Source of the DNA: an uncultured Gammaproteobacteria bacterium
GTDB taxonomy: Bacteria; Pseudomonadota; Gammaproteobacteria; DRLM01
Length of the DNA: 64,000 nt
Reading direction: 5' to 3'
Assembly (NCBI GenBank): GCA_963729605.1
Contig: CAVSNY010000005.1
Coordinates: 87,318-151,317, forward strand
The position numbers were made by a program, and so were the translations under genes. The notes under the pieces were generated by a model that saw only the letters and a list, made by a program, of their open reading frames with translations, was not told the DNA's origin and made no database searches. The first letter of the stretch is position 1. Each line of letters begins with the position of its first letter. Of this stretch, positions 11,613 to 22,353 are shown one piece after another.

Positions 11613-11897
11613 TCAACGAACAGGCTTGGCCTCGCCCACGGTGATCACCTCGCGGTTCATCTCGACGAGTTTCTTGCCGATGCCGCTCACCCCCGCCAAC
11701 TGATCAAGGGATTTAAACGGTCCGTGTTTCTTACGATGCTCGACGATGGCCTCCGCCTTGGCCGGCCCCACACCCTTGAGTATCTTCGCCAAGGTTTCGG
11801 CGTCGGCGGTATTGATATTCACCGAACTGCTTGCCGCCATGGCCATGGCGGCACCGCTCAACAACAAGGCAAACAGCGTTTTTTGAATAAACTTCAT
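11613..11897 (-). CDS. comEA: ComEA-family helix-hairpin-helix DNA-binding protein (periplasmic, signal peptide)
   Basis: Signal peptide MKFIQKTLFALLLSGAAMA, then NINTADAETLAKILKGVGPAKAEAIVEHRKKHGPFKSLDQLAGVSGIGKKLVE, the canonical ComEA HhH motif. Confidence 0.85.
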   Translation of the reverse strand: MKFIQKTLFALLLSGAAMAMAASSSVNINTADAETLAKILKGVGPAKAEAIVEHRKKHGPFKSLDQLAGVSGIGKKLVEMNREVITVGEAKPVR

Positions 11898-12160
11898 CCT
11901 GAGTCTCCTTCCAATTATGTATTAGGTTTTGGAAGTGTCCTTGGAGACAACCGCGCAACTTTCTATCTCCTCCCTGGCGCTAACTCGCACCGCCGTTCAG
12001 CCTAGCAGCTCGCATAAAACCCTGCAATTTATCAGTTATAAATTAGCGTGAGGAAATATTCGGATACACAAATTAATAACTCTTCTCTTTGAGGTGGACT
12101 TCGGGTGTATAGCGAATTGAGGCGACGTCCACCCAGCGCGCGCATCTCTGATGCACCCCT

Positions 12161-13060
12161 CCTTATGATAGGGGGGATAAATCCCAAATACTCCGCCGCA
12201 CACCCAACTCTGATTTCCAGGACACTCGCTCTGATCCCAGCACTCTCTCTCCGCCCCAGGACACTATCTCTCCCCCGGCTCCTGAGCAGTACCGAGGCAG
12301 ATTCCGACGAAATGTTCCTGATACCACGACACACATCATCTCCCCTCCTCTCCGAGGAGGGGTGCCCTCGCAGAGGGCGGGGTGGTGCGCTCAGGGACCG
12401 CTCATCCTCGTACCTTTCCTTCAGCCATTCCGCCGTTCACATGCGATGCCTCTTACAAAAACAAAACCACCCCGGCCCTGCGGGCCACCCCTCCTTATGA
12501 AAGGAGGGGATAAATCCCAAATACTCCGCCGAAAACACTATCGCGCCAAAACATACCGCGCAGTAACACACCGCGCCGAAACGCTGGGCCGCACGCCCAA
12601 CTCTGATTTCCAGGACACTCTCTCTGTCACAGGACACCATTCTGATCCCAGCACTCTCTCTGTCCCGGGACACCATCTCTTCCCCGGCTCCTGAGCAGTA
12701 CCGAGGCAGATTCCGACGAAATGTTCCTGATACCACGACACACATCATCTCCCCTCCTCTCCGAGGAGGGGTGCCCTCGCAGAGGGCGGGGTGGTGCGCT
12801 CAGGGACCGCTCATCCTCGTACCTTTCCTTCAGCCATTCCGCCGTTCACATGCGATGCCTCTTACAAAAACAAAACCACCCCGGCCCTGCGGGCCACCCC
12901 TCCTTATGAAAGGAGGGGATAAATCCCAAATACTCCGCCGAAAACACTACTGCGCCGGAACATACCACGCCGGAACATACCACGCCGAAACACACTGCGC
13001 CGAAACACACTGCGCCGAACACTGGGCCGCACGCCCAACTCTGCCCAGGACATCCCAAGC
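12161..13060. repeat. tandem repeat (~340-410 bp unit x ~2.5) related to the 8.6-9.8 kb array, with nested short tandem and direct repeats
   Basis: 12310-12530 is nearly identical to 12719-12940, giving identical 62-aa ORF translations. They share the cores CCCCTCCTCTCCGAGGAGGGGTG and CACCCCGGCCCTGCGGGCCACCCCTCCTTATGAAAGGAGGGG. Nested features are 15-nt tandem units (gaacataccacgccg x2, aaacacactgcgccg x2) at 12955-13015 and repeated CAGGACAC motifs. Confidence 0.85.
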
Positions 13061-13140
13061 AAGGGCCGACAGAAGCGGGGGGTTATAACCCAAAGAGATG
13101 GGACGGTCGCCTCAAGCATCCAATCACAGCCAAGCTCGAA

Positions 13141-13851
13141 TCAAAGCACCGCGATGTCGCCGACGATCGTCTGTAACGCCTGCCGGGGATCGGCGGCCTG
13201 GGTGATGGGCCGGCCGATCACCAGATAATCCGCGCCGGCACGCAAGGCTTCAACAGGCGTCATGCTGCGTTTTTGGTCATTCAAGTCCGCGCCGCCGGGG
13301 CGGATGCCCGGCGTCACCAATTGGAAGCGCGGACCGAAACGCGCCCGCAGGGAACGCGCCTCCCGCGCCGAACACACCACACCGTCCAAACCACACTGCT
13401 GCGTCAACGCGGCCAGGCGGCTGACGTTGTCTTCCACCGCGCCGGCGAGCCCCACTTCGTGCAACTCCGCTTCGTCGAGGCTGGTGAGCACCGTCACCGC
13501 GATGAGCAGCGGACGCCGCGGCATATCGTCCAACGCCGCACGCGCGGCCTGCAACATTTTACGGCCGCCCAAGGCGTGTACGTTGACCATCCACACCCCC
13601 AGCTCCGCCGCGGCCTTGACCGCCTGCGCCACGGTATTGGGGATGTCGTGAAATTTCAGATCGAGAAAGACCTCGAAACCGCCGGCCACCAATTGCCGCA
13701 CCAAGGCGGGACCGCCGCGGGTAAACAATTCCTTGCCGACTTTTAAACGGCACTGCCGGGGATCCAGCCGGCCGGCCATGGCCAAGGCCTCGGCCGGGTC
13801 CGCGTAATCCAAGGCCACGACGATGCGCGGTCCCCGCGCTGCGTTCGACAT
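13141..13851 (-). CDS. pyrF: orotidine 5'-phosphate decarboxylase
   Basis: Contains [34 protein letters not shown]...[11 protein letters not shown]...[15 protein letters not shown], the conserved OMPDC signature with DxKxxDIP. Confidence 0.9.
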   Translation of the reverse strand: MSNAARGPRIVVALDYADPAEALAMAGRLDPRQCRLKVGKELFTRGGPALVRQLVAGGFEVFLDLKFHDIPNTVAQAVKAAAELGVWMVNVHALGGRKMLQAARAALDDMPRRPLLIAVTVLTSLDEAELHEVGLAGAVEDNVSRLAALTQQCGLDGVVCSAREARSLRARFGPRFQLVTPGIRPGGADLNDQKRSMTPVEALRAGADYLVIGRPITQAADPRQALQTIVGDIAVL

Positions 13852-13853
13852 AA

Positions 13854-15011
13854 CTACTCTCCCTCGATACCGGTGATGGGTTTGACCGTATTCCAACATT
13901 TACAACCCGGGCAATGCCAGTGCAAGGCCTTGCCCGCGAAACCGCAGCGTACACACTGGTACACCGGTTTTTCCTCCAACAATTGTTCCAGCGTCGTGCG
14001 GGCGATATCGAGTTTTTCAGCGGTGGCGGCCGCGTCGCCCGGCGCCATGTCCATGATCCGGGCCAACCCGCGCAACGACGGGCGGCGACCGAGTTGCGCG
14101 GAGAGAAAGGTCAAGGCCGCCGCTTCGCCTTGTTCCAGTCTCACCAAATCGGCGAGCGACAACAGCGCGGTCACGCCGCCGTGGCGGGACCACACGCCTT
14201 CCAGATAACCGAACAATTCCCGGTTGTCGCCGCGCGCGCGATAACACTTCACCAAGGGCGCGATGACCTCCGGCAAATACGCCGGGTCTTGCCGCTCCAC
14301 TTGTTGATAGGCGTGGATGGCCGCCTTGGCGTCGCCGGCCGCCGCGGCCAGTTCACCGCGGATCATGCTGGCGCGCGCGCAGCGTTCGTCGCTCGCCAAG
14401 GCCTTTTTGAGCAGGCGCGAGGCCAACTCGGCATCACCCTGTTCGCGCGCATGTTCGGCCTGTTCGCAATAAAACTGAGCGATCATGGGTTCCATCGCCT
14501 GCCCCGTCACCGCCTGCAAACGGCGGGCGGCCTCGACGGCCTGCTCCCATTCCTTCTCCTGCTGATAGACATCGCTCAATAAGGCCAGCGCGCGCGGCAG
14601 ATGCATATCCATCTCGATCAACTCGCGGCACAAGCCCTCGGCGCGGTCGAGCAGACCGGCGCGCATATAATCCTGGGCCAACTCCAACAGGGCTTGCGCG
14701 CGCTGGTTGCCGTTGAGGGTGGGACGCGCGATGAGATTTTGATGGATACGAATGGCCCGATCGACTTCGCCGCGCTGGCGGAATAGATTGCCCAGCGCGA
14801 GATGGATCTCCACCGTGTCGCTGTCCACTTCCAACATGCGGACGAAACATTCGATGGCCTTGTCGGGCTGTTCATTCAGAAGATAGTTGAGGCCGGTGAA
14901 ATAATCGCGCGACAAAAACGGCGGCGCCGAGTTGCGTTGAGCGCTGCGTTTGGCCAGTATCCAACCCGAGGCGGCCGCTACCGGCAGTAACAGCCATAGG
15001 ACTTCATTCAT
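13854..15011 (-). CDS. lapB: lipopolysaccharide assembly protein LapB (YciM), TPR repeats plus C-terminal rubredoxin-like Zn finger
   Basis: N-terminal TM, multiple TPR-like helices, and C-terminal [23 protein letters not shown] (CxxC...CxxC). Conserved position next to lapA and ihfB. Confidence 0.9.
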   Translation of the reverse strand: MNEVLWLLLPVAAASGWILAKRSAQRNSAPPFLSRDYFTGLNYLLNEQPDKAIECFVRMLEVDSDTVEIHLALGNLFRQRGEVDRAIRIHQNLIARPTLNGNQRAQALLELAQDYMRAGLLDRAEGLCRELIEMDMHLPRALALLSDVYQQEKEWEQAVEAARRLQAVTGQAMEPMIAQFYCEQAEHAREQGDAELASRLLKKALASDERCARASMIRGELAAAAGDAKAAIHAYQQVERQDPAYLPEVIAPLVKCYRARGDNRELFGYLEGVWSRHGGVTALLSLADLVRLEQGEAAALTFLSAQLGRRPSLRGLARIMDMAPGDAAATAEKLDIARTTLEQLLEEKPVYQCVRCGFAGKALHWHCPGCKCWNTVKPITGIEGE

Positions 15012-15030
15012 GTCCTAAGGCCTGCCGACA

Positions 15031-15324
15031 CTAGCGCGAGTCTTTGTAAGGAATCGCGCGCAGATTCGCCAGCTCTCTCTCCGCCACATTGACGTTCTTC
15101 CGCAAACCGGCGGCCTCGCGCTTCGCCCTCACCACCATGGTCAAGCTGGCCGCGATCCCCAATAAGGCGCCGCAGCCCACCGCCATGGCGACGATGAACG
15201 CCAGGGGTATTTCACGGCTGCCGAAGTAATAGTTGAAAGGCACGGCCTGGGCATTGAGCAAGGCGAACACCAGACCCGCCAAGCCGACGATGAAATAAAC
15301 CGCAAATCGGAACAGACGCAGCAT
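15031..15324 (-). CDS. lapA: lipopolysaccharide assembly protein LapA (YciS, DUF1049 inner-membrane protein)
   Basis: Two-TM small protein MLRLFRFAVYFIVGLAGLVFALLN...AFIVAMAVGCGALLGIAASLTMV with a KREAAGLRK tail, located between ihfB and lapB as in other gammaproteobacteria. The start is chosen at the internal Met. Confidence 0.75.
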   Translation of the reverse strand: MLRLFRFAVYFIVGLAGLVFALLNAQAVPFNYYFGSREIPLAFIVAMAVGCGALLGIAASLTMVVRAKREAAGLRKNVNVAERELANLRAIPYKDSR

Positions 15325-15576
15325 AGTGCCTCCATGTGGCCAGCATGCAAGAGGTATATCTTGCCACGGAACACCGTTCAACGCGAAAGATTAGCGACGC
15401 ATGCGAAGCCGAGAGGCGACGCGGACTCGCGTCTTGGCGGCGGTATCCGCCACGCGGGTGGCGGAATCAGTAAAGTGAAGGCTTGCCGGTGGACAGCGGC
15501 ATGCGTCGGTAAATCGGCGATCGCTGTTTATTTGATCGTATAGCGCCGAGCAGCAACGCGTCTATCGCCAAACCGG

Positions 15577-15861
15577 TTAATCGTTTTCGTTGACGCGTTC
15601 GCGCAGCTCTTTGCCGGGCTTGAAATGGGGAACGTATTTGCCCGCCAACGCCACCGCGTCGCCGGTCTTGGGATTGCGGCCGATGCGCGGCGGCCGGAAA
15701 TGCAGACAAAAACTGCCGAAGCCGCGGATCTCGATACGCCCACCCCCGGAAAGGGTCTGGGCCATTTGTTCAGTGAGGGTCTTGACTGCAAACTCCACAT
15801 CCTTGGATGTGAGCTGACTCTGCTTTTGCGAGAGTTTTTCGATCAGTTCCGATTTCGTCAT
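15577..15861 (-). CDS. ihfB: integration host factor beta subunit
   Basis: [91 protein letters not shown] is the IHF/HU fold with the IRGFGSF motif. Confidence 0.9.
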   Translation of the reverse strand: MTKSELIEKLSQKQSQLTSKDVEFAVKTLTEQMAQTLSGGGRIEIRGFGSFCLHFRPPRIGRNPKTGDAVALAGKYVPHFKPGKELRERVNEND

Positions 15862-15927
15862 GATGCCTCCCCTGGTTCGCATTCAAGATCAAACCTGTTT
15901 TTTTGCATTCCTTCGCTCGGGAAAACG

Positions 15928-15954
15928 GTCCGGGCCTCGCAAGGAGGCCCGGAC
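15928..15954 (-). terminator. GC-rich hairpin between rpsA and ihfB, possibly an intrinsic terminator or attenuator
   Basis: Perfect 11-bp stem GTCCGGGCCTC-GCAAG-GAGGCCCGGAC. On the minus strand it is followed by CGTTTTCCC, a short U-run. Confidence 0.4.
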
Positions 15955-15966
15955 CCAGGCGTACCT

Positions 15967-17646
15967 CTAGCCGTTATTATTGTTTCCCATCTGTTCCTTG
16001 AGCAAGTCGCCCAAATTGGTGCCGCTGCCAATGGTGGACCGGCTGTAACCTTCCAGCACCTCGGCCTCTTCATCGCTGTCCTTGGACTTGATGGAGAGAA
16101 TGATGCTGCGGTTCTTGCGATCGACGCCCATGAACTTGGCTTCCACCTTATCACCGACGTTCAATATCGAACGGGCATCCTCGACGCGGTCGCGGGACAA
16201 TTCGGAGGCGCGCAGGGTGCCTTCCACGCCGTCGGCGAGTTCAATGATCGCGCCTTTGGCGTCCACTTCCTTCACCACACCGTTGACGATGCTGCCCTTG
16301 GGATGCTCGGCCACGTAGTTGGACCAGGGATCCTGTTCCAGCTGCTTGACGCCCAGCGAGATGCGTTCGCGTTCGGAGTCGATGGCCAACACCACGGCTT
16401 CCACTTCGTCGCCCTTCTTGTAGTTGCGCACGGCTTCTTCGCCGGGCATGTTCCAAGACAAGTCGGACAAATGCAGCAGACCGTCGATACCGCCGTCCAG
16501 GCCGACGAAGATACCGAAGTCGGTGATGGATTTGATATTGCCGACCACGCGATCACCCTTCTTGTGGGTGACGGCGAATTCATCCCAGGGATTGGCCTTG
16601 CATTGCTTCATGCCGAGCGAGATGCGGCGGCGCTCCTCGTCGATGTCCAACACCACCACTTCCACCTCGTCGCCCAGGTGCACGACCTTGGAGGGGTGAA
16701 TATTCTTGTTGGTCCAATCCATCTCGGAGACGTGCACCAGACCTTCCACGCCGTCTTCGATCTCGACGAAGCAGCCGTAGTCGGCGATGTTGGTGACCTT
16801 ACCGAACAGGCGGGTGGTGACCGGGTAACGGCGGGCGATATCGACCCAGGGATCTTCGCCCAACTGTTTCAGGCCCAGCGAGACGCGTTGACGCTCGCGG
16901 TCGAACTTCAATACCTTCACGTCGATCTCGTCGCCGACGTTCACCACCTCGGAAGGCTGTTTGACGCGTTTCCACGCCATGTCGGTGATGTGCAGCAGGC
17001 CGTCGACGCCGCCCAGATCCACGAAGGCGCCGTAATCGGTGAGGTTCTTGACGATACCCTTGATGACTTGGCCTTCCTGGAGGTTTTCCAGCAGATTTTC
17101 GCGCTCGGCGCCGCTCTCCTGCTCGACCACCGCGCGGCGGGACACCACCACGTTGTTGCGGCGGCGATCCAGTTTGACGACCTTGAATTCCAGTTCCTTG
17201 TTCTCGAGGTAGCTGGGGTCGCGCACCGGACGCACGTCCACCAAGGAGCCGGGCAAGAAGGCGCGGACATCGTCGATCTCGACGGTGAAACCACCTTTGA
17301 CTTTGCCGGTGAGGATACCCTTGACGGTCTCGCCCGCTTCCAATGCCTTCTCGAGATAAATCCAGGTGCGGGCGCGACGCGCCTTTTCGCGTGACAGACG
17401 GGTTTCGCCAAAACCGTCTTCCATCATTTCCAACGCGACTTCGATCTGATCGCCGACCGCCACTTTTTCCATTCCGTTGTCATCGCGGAACTGCTCGATG
17501 GGAATGGCGCTCTCGGATTTCAAACCGGAGCTGACGATGATTACATCGGGGCGGATTTCCACGATAGTGGCGGTAACGATAGCGCCCGGCCGCATTCTCT
17601 GTGCCGCCAGACTCTGTTCAAATAGTTGTGCAAAGCTTTCGCTCAT
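15967..17646 (-). CDS. rpsA: 30S ribosomal protein S1
   Basis: Six S1 repeats. The N-terminus [13 protein letters not shown]...VTATIVEI and the internal GxV motifs are unmistakable. Confidence 0.95.
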   Translation of the reverse strand: MSESFAQLFEQSLAAQRMRPGAIVTATIVEIRPDVIIVSSGLKSESAIPIEQFRDDNGMEKVAVGDQIEVALEMMEDGFGETRLSREKARRARTWIYLEKALEAGETVKGILTGKVKGGFTVEIDDVRAFLPGSLVDVRPVRDPSYLENKELEFKVVKLDRRRNNVVVSRRAVVEQESGAERENLLENLQEGQVIKGIVKNLTDYGAFVDLGGVDGLLHITDMAWKRVKQPSEVVNVGDEIDVKVLKFDRERQRVSLGLKQLGEDPWVDIARRYPVTTRLFGKVTNIADYGCFVEIEDGVEGLVHVSEMDWTNKNIHPSKVVHLGDEVEVVVLDIDEERRRISLGMKQCKANPWDEFAVTHKKGDRVVGNIKSITDFGIFVGLDGGIDGLLHLSDLSWNMPGEEAVRNYKKGDEVEAVVLAIDSERERISLGVKQLEQDPWSNYVAEHPKGSIVNGVVKEVDAKGAIIELADGVEGTLRASELSRDRVEDARSILNVGDKVEAKFMGVDRKNRSIILSIKSKDSDEEAEVLEGYSRSTIGSGTNLGDLLKEQMGNNNNG

Positions 17647-17785
17647 TGATGAATGACCCTTCGGTCCGGCGAACGCCGAAACCGGTTATGCCGCATCATG
17701 CGGCTATGTTAAAACCCGCCTGCCCGGAGACAAAACGGAACCAGAAAAAATCAGCACGGGTGAAACCCATGCCATGCCCTTGAGT

Positions 17786-18496
17786 TTAGCTTGTTTTGCG
17801 CGCCGCTTCCCGCCACAGAGCCAACACCTGCTTCACAACCTCATCGATGGGAATGCCGGTCGTATCGACCACTATCGCATCGTCGGCGGGCCGCAATGGA
17901 GATACGCTCCGTTCGCTGTCGCGCGCATCGCGTATTTCCAGATCGTTCAAAATGCGCTGTAGGTTAGCATCTATCCCTTTTTCGTTCAACTGGTTATAAC
18001 GGCGCCGGGCGCGTTCCTCGCGGCTCGCGGTGAGAAACAGCTTGAGATCGGCCTCCGGAAACACCACCGTGCCCATATCCCGCCCGTCCGCCACCAGCCC
18101 CGGCGCCACCCGAAAGGCCCGCTGGCGTTCCAATAACGCCTGGCGCAGCGTCGGCAAAGCCGCCACCACCGAGGCATCCCGCCCGCATTGTTCGGTACGG
18201 ATGGCGTTACCCACGTCTTCGCCCTCCAAGACGATGCGGCTCTCGACGCCGCCGTCCACCGCCTCGAACTCCACGTCCAAATGAGCGGCCAAGGTCGCCA
18301 GTGACACCTCGTCTTCCAGGGGCACGGCATGATGCCGCGCCGCCAGCGCCACCAGACGGTAAAGCGCCCCGCTGTCGAGGAAATGCCAACCCAATCTGCC
18401 CGCCACCAACCGGCTCAACGTCCCCTTGCCGGAACCGCTGGGCCCGTCGATGGTGATCACCGGGATGGCCTGCTGTTCACGTCCTTGCTCCGTCAC
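17786..18496 (-). CDS. cmk: cytidylate kinase
   Basis: P-loop [19 protein letters not shown] and the CMP-binding region LDSGALYR. Confidence 0.9.
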   Translation of the reverse strand: MTEQGREQQAIPVITIDGPSGSGKGTLSRLVAGRLGWHFLDSGALYRLVALAARHHAVPLEDEVSLATLAAHLDVEFEAVDGGVESRIVLEGEDVGNAIRTEQCGRDASVVAALPTLRQALLERQRAFRVAPGLVADGRDMGTVVFPEADLKLFLTASREERARRRYNQLNEKGIDANLQRILNDLEIRDARDSERSVSPLRPADDAIVVDTTGIPIDEVVKQVLALWREAARKTS

Positions 18497-18571
18497 GTTC
18501 GTTAATCCACCCTGTTATAAATGATCTACATCCATTTGAAATATATAGCTCGATCCGTCGGAGATATTACT

Positions 18572-19891
18572 TCAACTTATCTGTGCAACCTGCAAACCGG
18601 CCGCACCCGCCAAGCCCAGAAAATTGGGGAAGGAGGTGCGTACATTGGCGCAATCATCGATCACCACCGGCCCGCCGGCGCGCAAGGCCGCCATGGCGAA
18701 GGCCATGGCGATACGGTGATCGCCGTGGCTGTTAATACGCCCGCCTTTCAGGACGCCGCCCTGTATCACCATGCCGTCGGGGGTGGGTTTGGCCTCGACG
18801 CCTAAGGCCAGCAATCCATCGGCCATCACTTGAATACGGTCGCTCTCCTTGACGCGCAACTCCTCGGCGCCGGTCAGCACGGTCTCGCCCTCGGCGCAAG
18901 CGGCGGCGATGAACAGGGCCGGGAATTCGTCGATGGCCAAGGGCACCTGGTCCTCGGGGATGCGGATACCCCGCAGCCGGGACGCCCGCACCCGAATGTC
19001 GGCCACCGGCTCGCCGCCCACCAGCCGTTCATTGCTCAGCGTGATATCCGCACCCATGGCCTTGAGGATATTCACCACCCCGATGCGGGTGGGATTCACG
19101 CCCACGTGCTCGAGGGTCAAATCGGAACCCGCCGCGATGGCCGCGCCCACCATGAAAAACGCCGCCGAGGAAATATCGGCCGGCACGTCGATGCTCGCCG
19201 CTCGCAAGTGTCCGCCGCCCTCCACGCCTACGGTATGTCCCTCCCGTTCCACTTCATAACCGAAGCCCGTCAGCATGCGTTCGGTGTGATCGCGGGTCGG
19301 CGCCGGCTCGGTGACCCAGGTCTGCCCCTCGGCATACAAGCCCGCCAACAACAACGAAGACTTCACCTGGGCACTGGCCACCGGCATGGAATAGACTATG
19401 CCTTGCAAATTCTGTTTGCCAGTGATCCGCAAGGGCGGCGTGCCGCTGGGACTGGTCTCGATCAGCGCCCCCATTTTGCGCAGAGGCTCCGCCACCCGCT
19501 TCATGGGCCGGCGGGTCAGCGAGGCATCGCCGGTCATCACCACATCGAAGGCCTGTCCCGCCAGCAAGCCCGCCAGCAAGCGCATCGAGGTGCCCGAATT
19601 GCCCATGTACAGCGGTCCGTTCGGTGCGCGCAATCCGTGCAGGCCCACGCCATGCACCGTCACCCGGCCGTGGTCGGGACCGTCGATACGCACACCCATG
19701 GCGCGAAAGGCGCCGATGGTGGCGAGGCAATCCTCGCCTTCGAGAAAACCGCTGACCTCGGTCACGCCGTCGGCCAAGGCACCGAGCATGATGGAACGGT
19801 GGGAGATGGATTTATCACCGGGCACCCGCACCCGGCCGCGCAAGGCGCCGCCGGCTTCGGCGCGAAACACGATGTTGTCGTTACTGCTCAT
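18572..19891 (-). CDS. aroA: 3-phosphoshikimate 1-carboxyvinyltransferase (EPSP synthase)
   Basis: Contains VPGDKSISHRSIMLGALA, LGNSGTSMRLLAGLLA, RPMKRV, ADGPVVIDD and RIAMAFAMAALRA, the EPSPS motifs. Confidence 0.95.
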   Translation of the reverse strand: MSSNDNIVFRAEAGGALRGRVRVPGDKSISHRSIMLGALADGVTEVSGFLEGEDCLATIGAFRAMGVRIDGPDHGRVTVHGVGLHGLRAPNGPLYMGNSGTSMRLLAGLLAGQAFDVVMTGDASLTRRPMKRVAEPLRKMGALIETSPSGTPPLRITGKQNLQGIVYSMPVASAQVKSSLLLAGLYAEGQTWVTEPAPTRDHTERMLTGFGYEVEREGHTVGVEGGGHLRAASIDVPADISSAAFFMVGAAIAAGSDLTLEHVGVNPTRIGVVNILKAMGADITLSNERLVGGEPVADIRVRASRLRGIRIPEDQVPLAIDEFPALFIAAACAEGETVLTGAEELRVKESDRIQVMADGLLALGVEAKPTPDGMVIQGGVLKGGRINSHGDHRIAMAFAMAALRAGGPVVIDDCANVRTSFPNFLGLAGAAGLQVAQIS

Positions 19892-19919
19892 AGCACTCGC
19901 TCATTCCTCAATAAACTAT

Positions 19920-20072
19920 TCGTCATCGACTGATTTAATCAAAGGTTCCCGCGGCACATGGATGTGCCGTCATTGCAATGGTGTGAGCCATTGAAAATGA
20001 AGGGCGGCGAAAATCACATGTCGCTGCCGTGCCCTAAAAATTCCGGGATGGAACATTCAGAGCTTCCTTAAC
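19920..20072. mobile_element. MITE-like ~155-bp repeat, copy 1 (5' end degenerate)
   Basis: Shares GGTTCCCGCGGCACATGGATGTGCCG...CAATGGTGTnAnCCATTGAAAATGAAGG...CGTGCCCTnAAAATTCCnGGATGGAAnCATTCAGnGCTTCCTTAA with the copy at 35458-35614, and the termini with the copy at 33171-33327. It lies between the aroA start and the tyrA stop. Confidence 0.55.
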
Positions 20073-20162
20073 TCGTCTCATGCCCTGCCCTCTACCTCCG
20101 ACCGATTTCAGCCGGAATCGGAGGTCACACACCTTGTTATTCACTGGCCGGATTATGAATGG

Positions 20163-21035
20163 TCACTCGACCCGTTCCTGCCGACAAAAACGGTCGCGCG
20201 CGGTTTTGGCGCGGGTAAATACCTCGGCGATGGCCTCGCCGTCTTCGGCGTCGATGGCGTCGCGCAAGCCGGCGAGGTCGTCGCTGAAACGATCGAGCAT
20301 CGCCACCACCGCCTCGCGATTGGCGAGACAGATGTCGCGCCACATTTTGGGATCACTCGATGCGATACGGGTGAAGTCGCGAAAACCGCCGGCGGCATAG
20401 CGGAAAATTTCGGCCTTTTCGTGCATACGCGCCAAGGTATCGACCAGCGCGAAGGCCAGCAGATGGGGCAGATGGCTGGTGGCGGCCAACACCTCGTCGT
20501 GATGTTCGACCATCATGTCCACCACCTCGGCGCCCGCTTGCTCCCACATCCGCCGCACGATTCGATGCGCCTCGGCATCGGTGTCGGACAAGGGCGTCAA
20601 GATCACCCGGCGGCCTTGAAACAGCTCGGCGAAAGACGCTTCCACCCCGCTCTTTTCCGTGCCGGCGATGGGATGACCGGGCACGAAGCGCGCCGGCACT
20701 TTGCCGAACACCGCTTGCGCCGCCGCCACCACGCTGCCTTTGGCGCTGCCGACATCGGTGATCACCGCGCCCGCGCTCAAGGCCGGCGCGATGCGGCGCA
20801 ACACCGGCTCCATCATGCCCAGCGGGACCGCGAGCACCACCACATCGGCGCCGCTCACCGCCAAGGTGGGATCGCTCTGATAACGATCGATCACGCCCAA
20901 TTCCACCGCCCGCCGCAACGCGCCTTCATCGCGGCCGCAGCCCACCACCTCGGCGCAGGCGCCGGCGCGTTTCAAGGCCCGCGCCAAGGAGCCGCCGATC
21001 AAGCCCACGCCGATGATGCAGAGACGGTTGATCAC
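20163..21035 (-). CDS. tyrA: prephenate/arogenate dehydrogenase
   Basis: Rossmann motif IIGVGLIGGSLARAL. TyrA-type length and location in the aromatic cluster. Confidence 0.85.
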   Translation of the reverse strand: MINRLCIIGVGLIGGSLARALKRAGACAEVVGCGRDEGALRRAVELGVIDRYQSDPTLAVSGADVVVLAVPLGMMEPVLRRIAPALSAGAVITDVGSAKGSVVAAAQAVFGKVPARFVPGHPIAGTEKSGVEASFAELFQGRRVILTPLSDTDAEAHRIVRRMWEQAGAEVVDMMVEHHDEVLAATSHLPHLLAFALVDTLARMHEKAEIFRYAAGGFRDFTRIASSDPKMWRDICLANREAVVAMLDRFSDDLAGLRDAIDAEDGEAIAEVFTRAKTARDRFCRQERVE

Positions 21036-21217
21036 GATAACTCCACCGAAAAATCGGCTTTGCTCGCGACATGCCGAATAAATTCGCCGCGCCCCCGTTC
21101 ACCCTTCACACTCACCCGCCGCGCGCGCCGGGTCGGGCCGCTTGGGGCGGGAATGAAGGCGCGCGGTACGCGGCGGCGGGTCATGGCGTGGGACTTGAGT
21201 GAATGAGGTCCGGCTGA

Positions 21218-22234
21218 TTACAACGTCCGGCCCAGCGAAACGGCGATGGCCCGCAACTCGCCCATCAGCTTGGTCAGCTCCGGCGGGCTCAAGGCCTGAT
21301 CGGCGTCGCACCAGGCCTCGGACGGGCAGGGATGCATCTCGATCAGCAGGCCGTCGGCGCCGGCCGCCACCGCGGCGCGCGCCAGCGCCGGCACCATCCA
21401 GGCCTTGCCGCCGGCGTGGCTGGGATCGACGATCACCGGGAAATGGGTCTCGCGCTTCAACACCGGAATGGCGGTGACGTCGAGCATGTTGCGGTAATAG
21501 GTCTCGAAACTGCGCACGCCGCGTTCGCAGAAGATGATGTTGTGATTGCCGCCGGCGACGATGTACTCCGCCGCCATCAGCCATTCGGAAATGGTCGCCG
21601 ACATGCCGCGTTTCAGAATCACCGGCTTCTGCACCTTGCCCACTTCCTTGAGCAGATCGAAGTTCTGCATATTGCGGGTGCCGATTTGAATCACGTCCAC
21701 GTCGTGTTCGAGAAAGGTATCGAGCATGCGCACGTCCATCAATTCGGTGACGATAGGCAAGTTGTGCTTATCCGCCGCCTTGCGGAACATGTCCAAGCCT
21801 TCCACACCCACGCCTTGAAAGGTGTAGGGACTGGTGCGCGGTTTGAACGCGCCGCCGCGCATCAGCCGGCAACCCGCCGCCGCCACCGAGGCCGCCGCCG
21901 AATCCATCTGCGGCTGGGTCTCCACCGAACACGGCCCGCCGATCACCTGGATCTGATTGCCGCCCAGCTTGATGCCGCGGATGTCGATCACCGAATCTTC
22001 CGGATGGGATATCCGCGAGACGATCTTGTACGGCTTCATCACCCGCACCACGTTCTCGACGCCGGGCAACACCTCCAGCGCCTCGATATCGATCTGGCGC
22101 TCGTCGCCGATGGCGCCGACTATGGTGCGCTCGATGCCCTTCGAGACATGGGAGCCCATGCCCATGGCCTTCAACTTGTCCGACACCGCGTCGATCTGCG
22201 CATCGGTGCTGCCCGCATTCATAATGATGATCAT
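21218..22234 (-). CDS. aroF: 3-deoxy-7-phosphoheptulonate (DAHP) synthase, type I-beta with N-terminal ferredoxin-like regulatory domain
   Basis: Near colinear match, from memory, to Thermotoga-type DAH7PS: KPYKIVSR...IGGPCSVE...RGGAFKPRTSPYTFQG...IQIGTRNMQNF...VILKRG...IVDPSHAGG...IEMHPCPSEAWCDADQAL. Confidence 0.85.
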   Translation of the reverse strand: MIIIMNAGSTDAQIDAVSDKLKAMGMGSHVSKGIERTIVGAIGDERQIDIEALEVLPGVENVVRVMKPYKIVSRISHPEDSVIDIRGIKLGGNQIQVIGGPCSVETQPQMDSAAASVAAAGCRLMRGGAFKPRTSPYTFQGVGVEGLDMFRKAADKHNLPIVTELMDVRMLDTFLEHDVDVIQIGTRNMQNFDLLKEVGKVQKPVILKRGMSATISEWLMAAEYIVAGGNHNIIFCERGVRSFETYYRNMLDVTAIPVLKRETHFPVIVDPSHAGGKAWMVPALARAAVAAGADGLLIEMHPCPSEAWCDADQALSPPELTKLMGELRAIAVSLGRTL

Positions 22235-22353
22235 GGTCGCTTACCTATAAAATTAACCGCTCAGGGCGCAAAGAAAAAAACAACTACACCACTCTACAAC
22301 CCACGACAAGGCATTTCCTGCCTAATATGTCTCACTTTACTCTTCGTTCGCCT

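Noticed and set aside
11247-12005. 252-aa + strand ORF spanning the wzi leader, comEA and the repeat
   Set aside because: It runs antisense through comEA and repeat DNA. Its composition is Arg/Lys/Pro-rich with no domain, so it is an artefact of GC-rich sequence.
15625-17394. Long antisense ORFs (589 aa here, 722 aa at 23827-25995, 449 aa at 26045-27394, 489 aa at 53907-55376, 367 aa at 18830-19933) opposite rpsA, serA/serC, gyrA, eno and aroA
   Set aside because: These are typical high-GC antisense open frames with low-complexity Arg/Gly/Ala-rich translations and no recognisable domains. The sense-strand genes are unmistakable housekeeping proteins.
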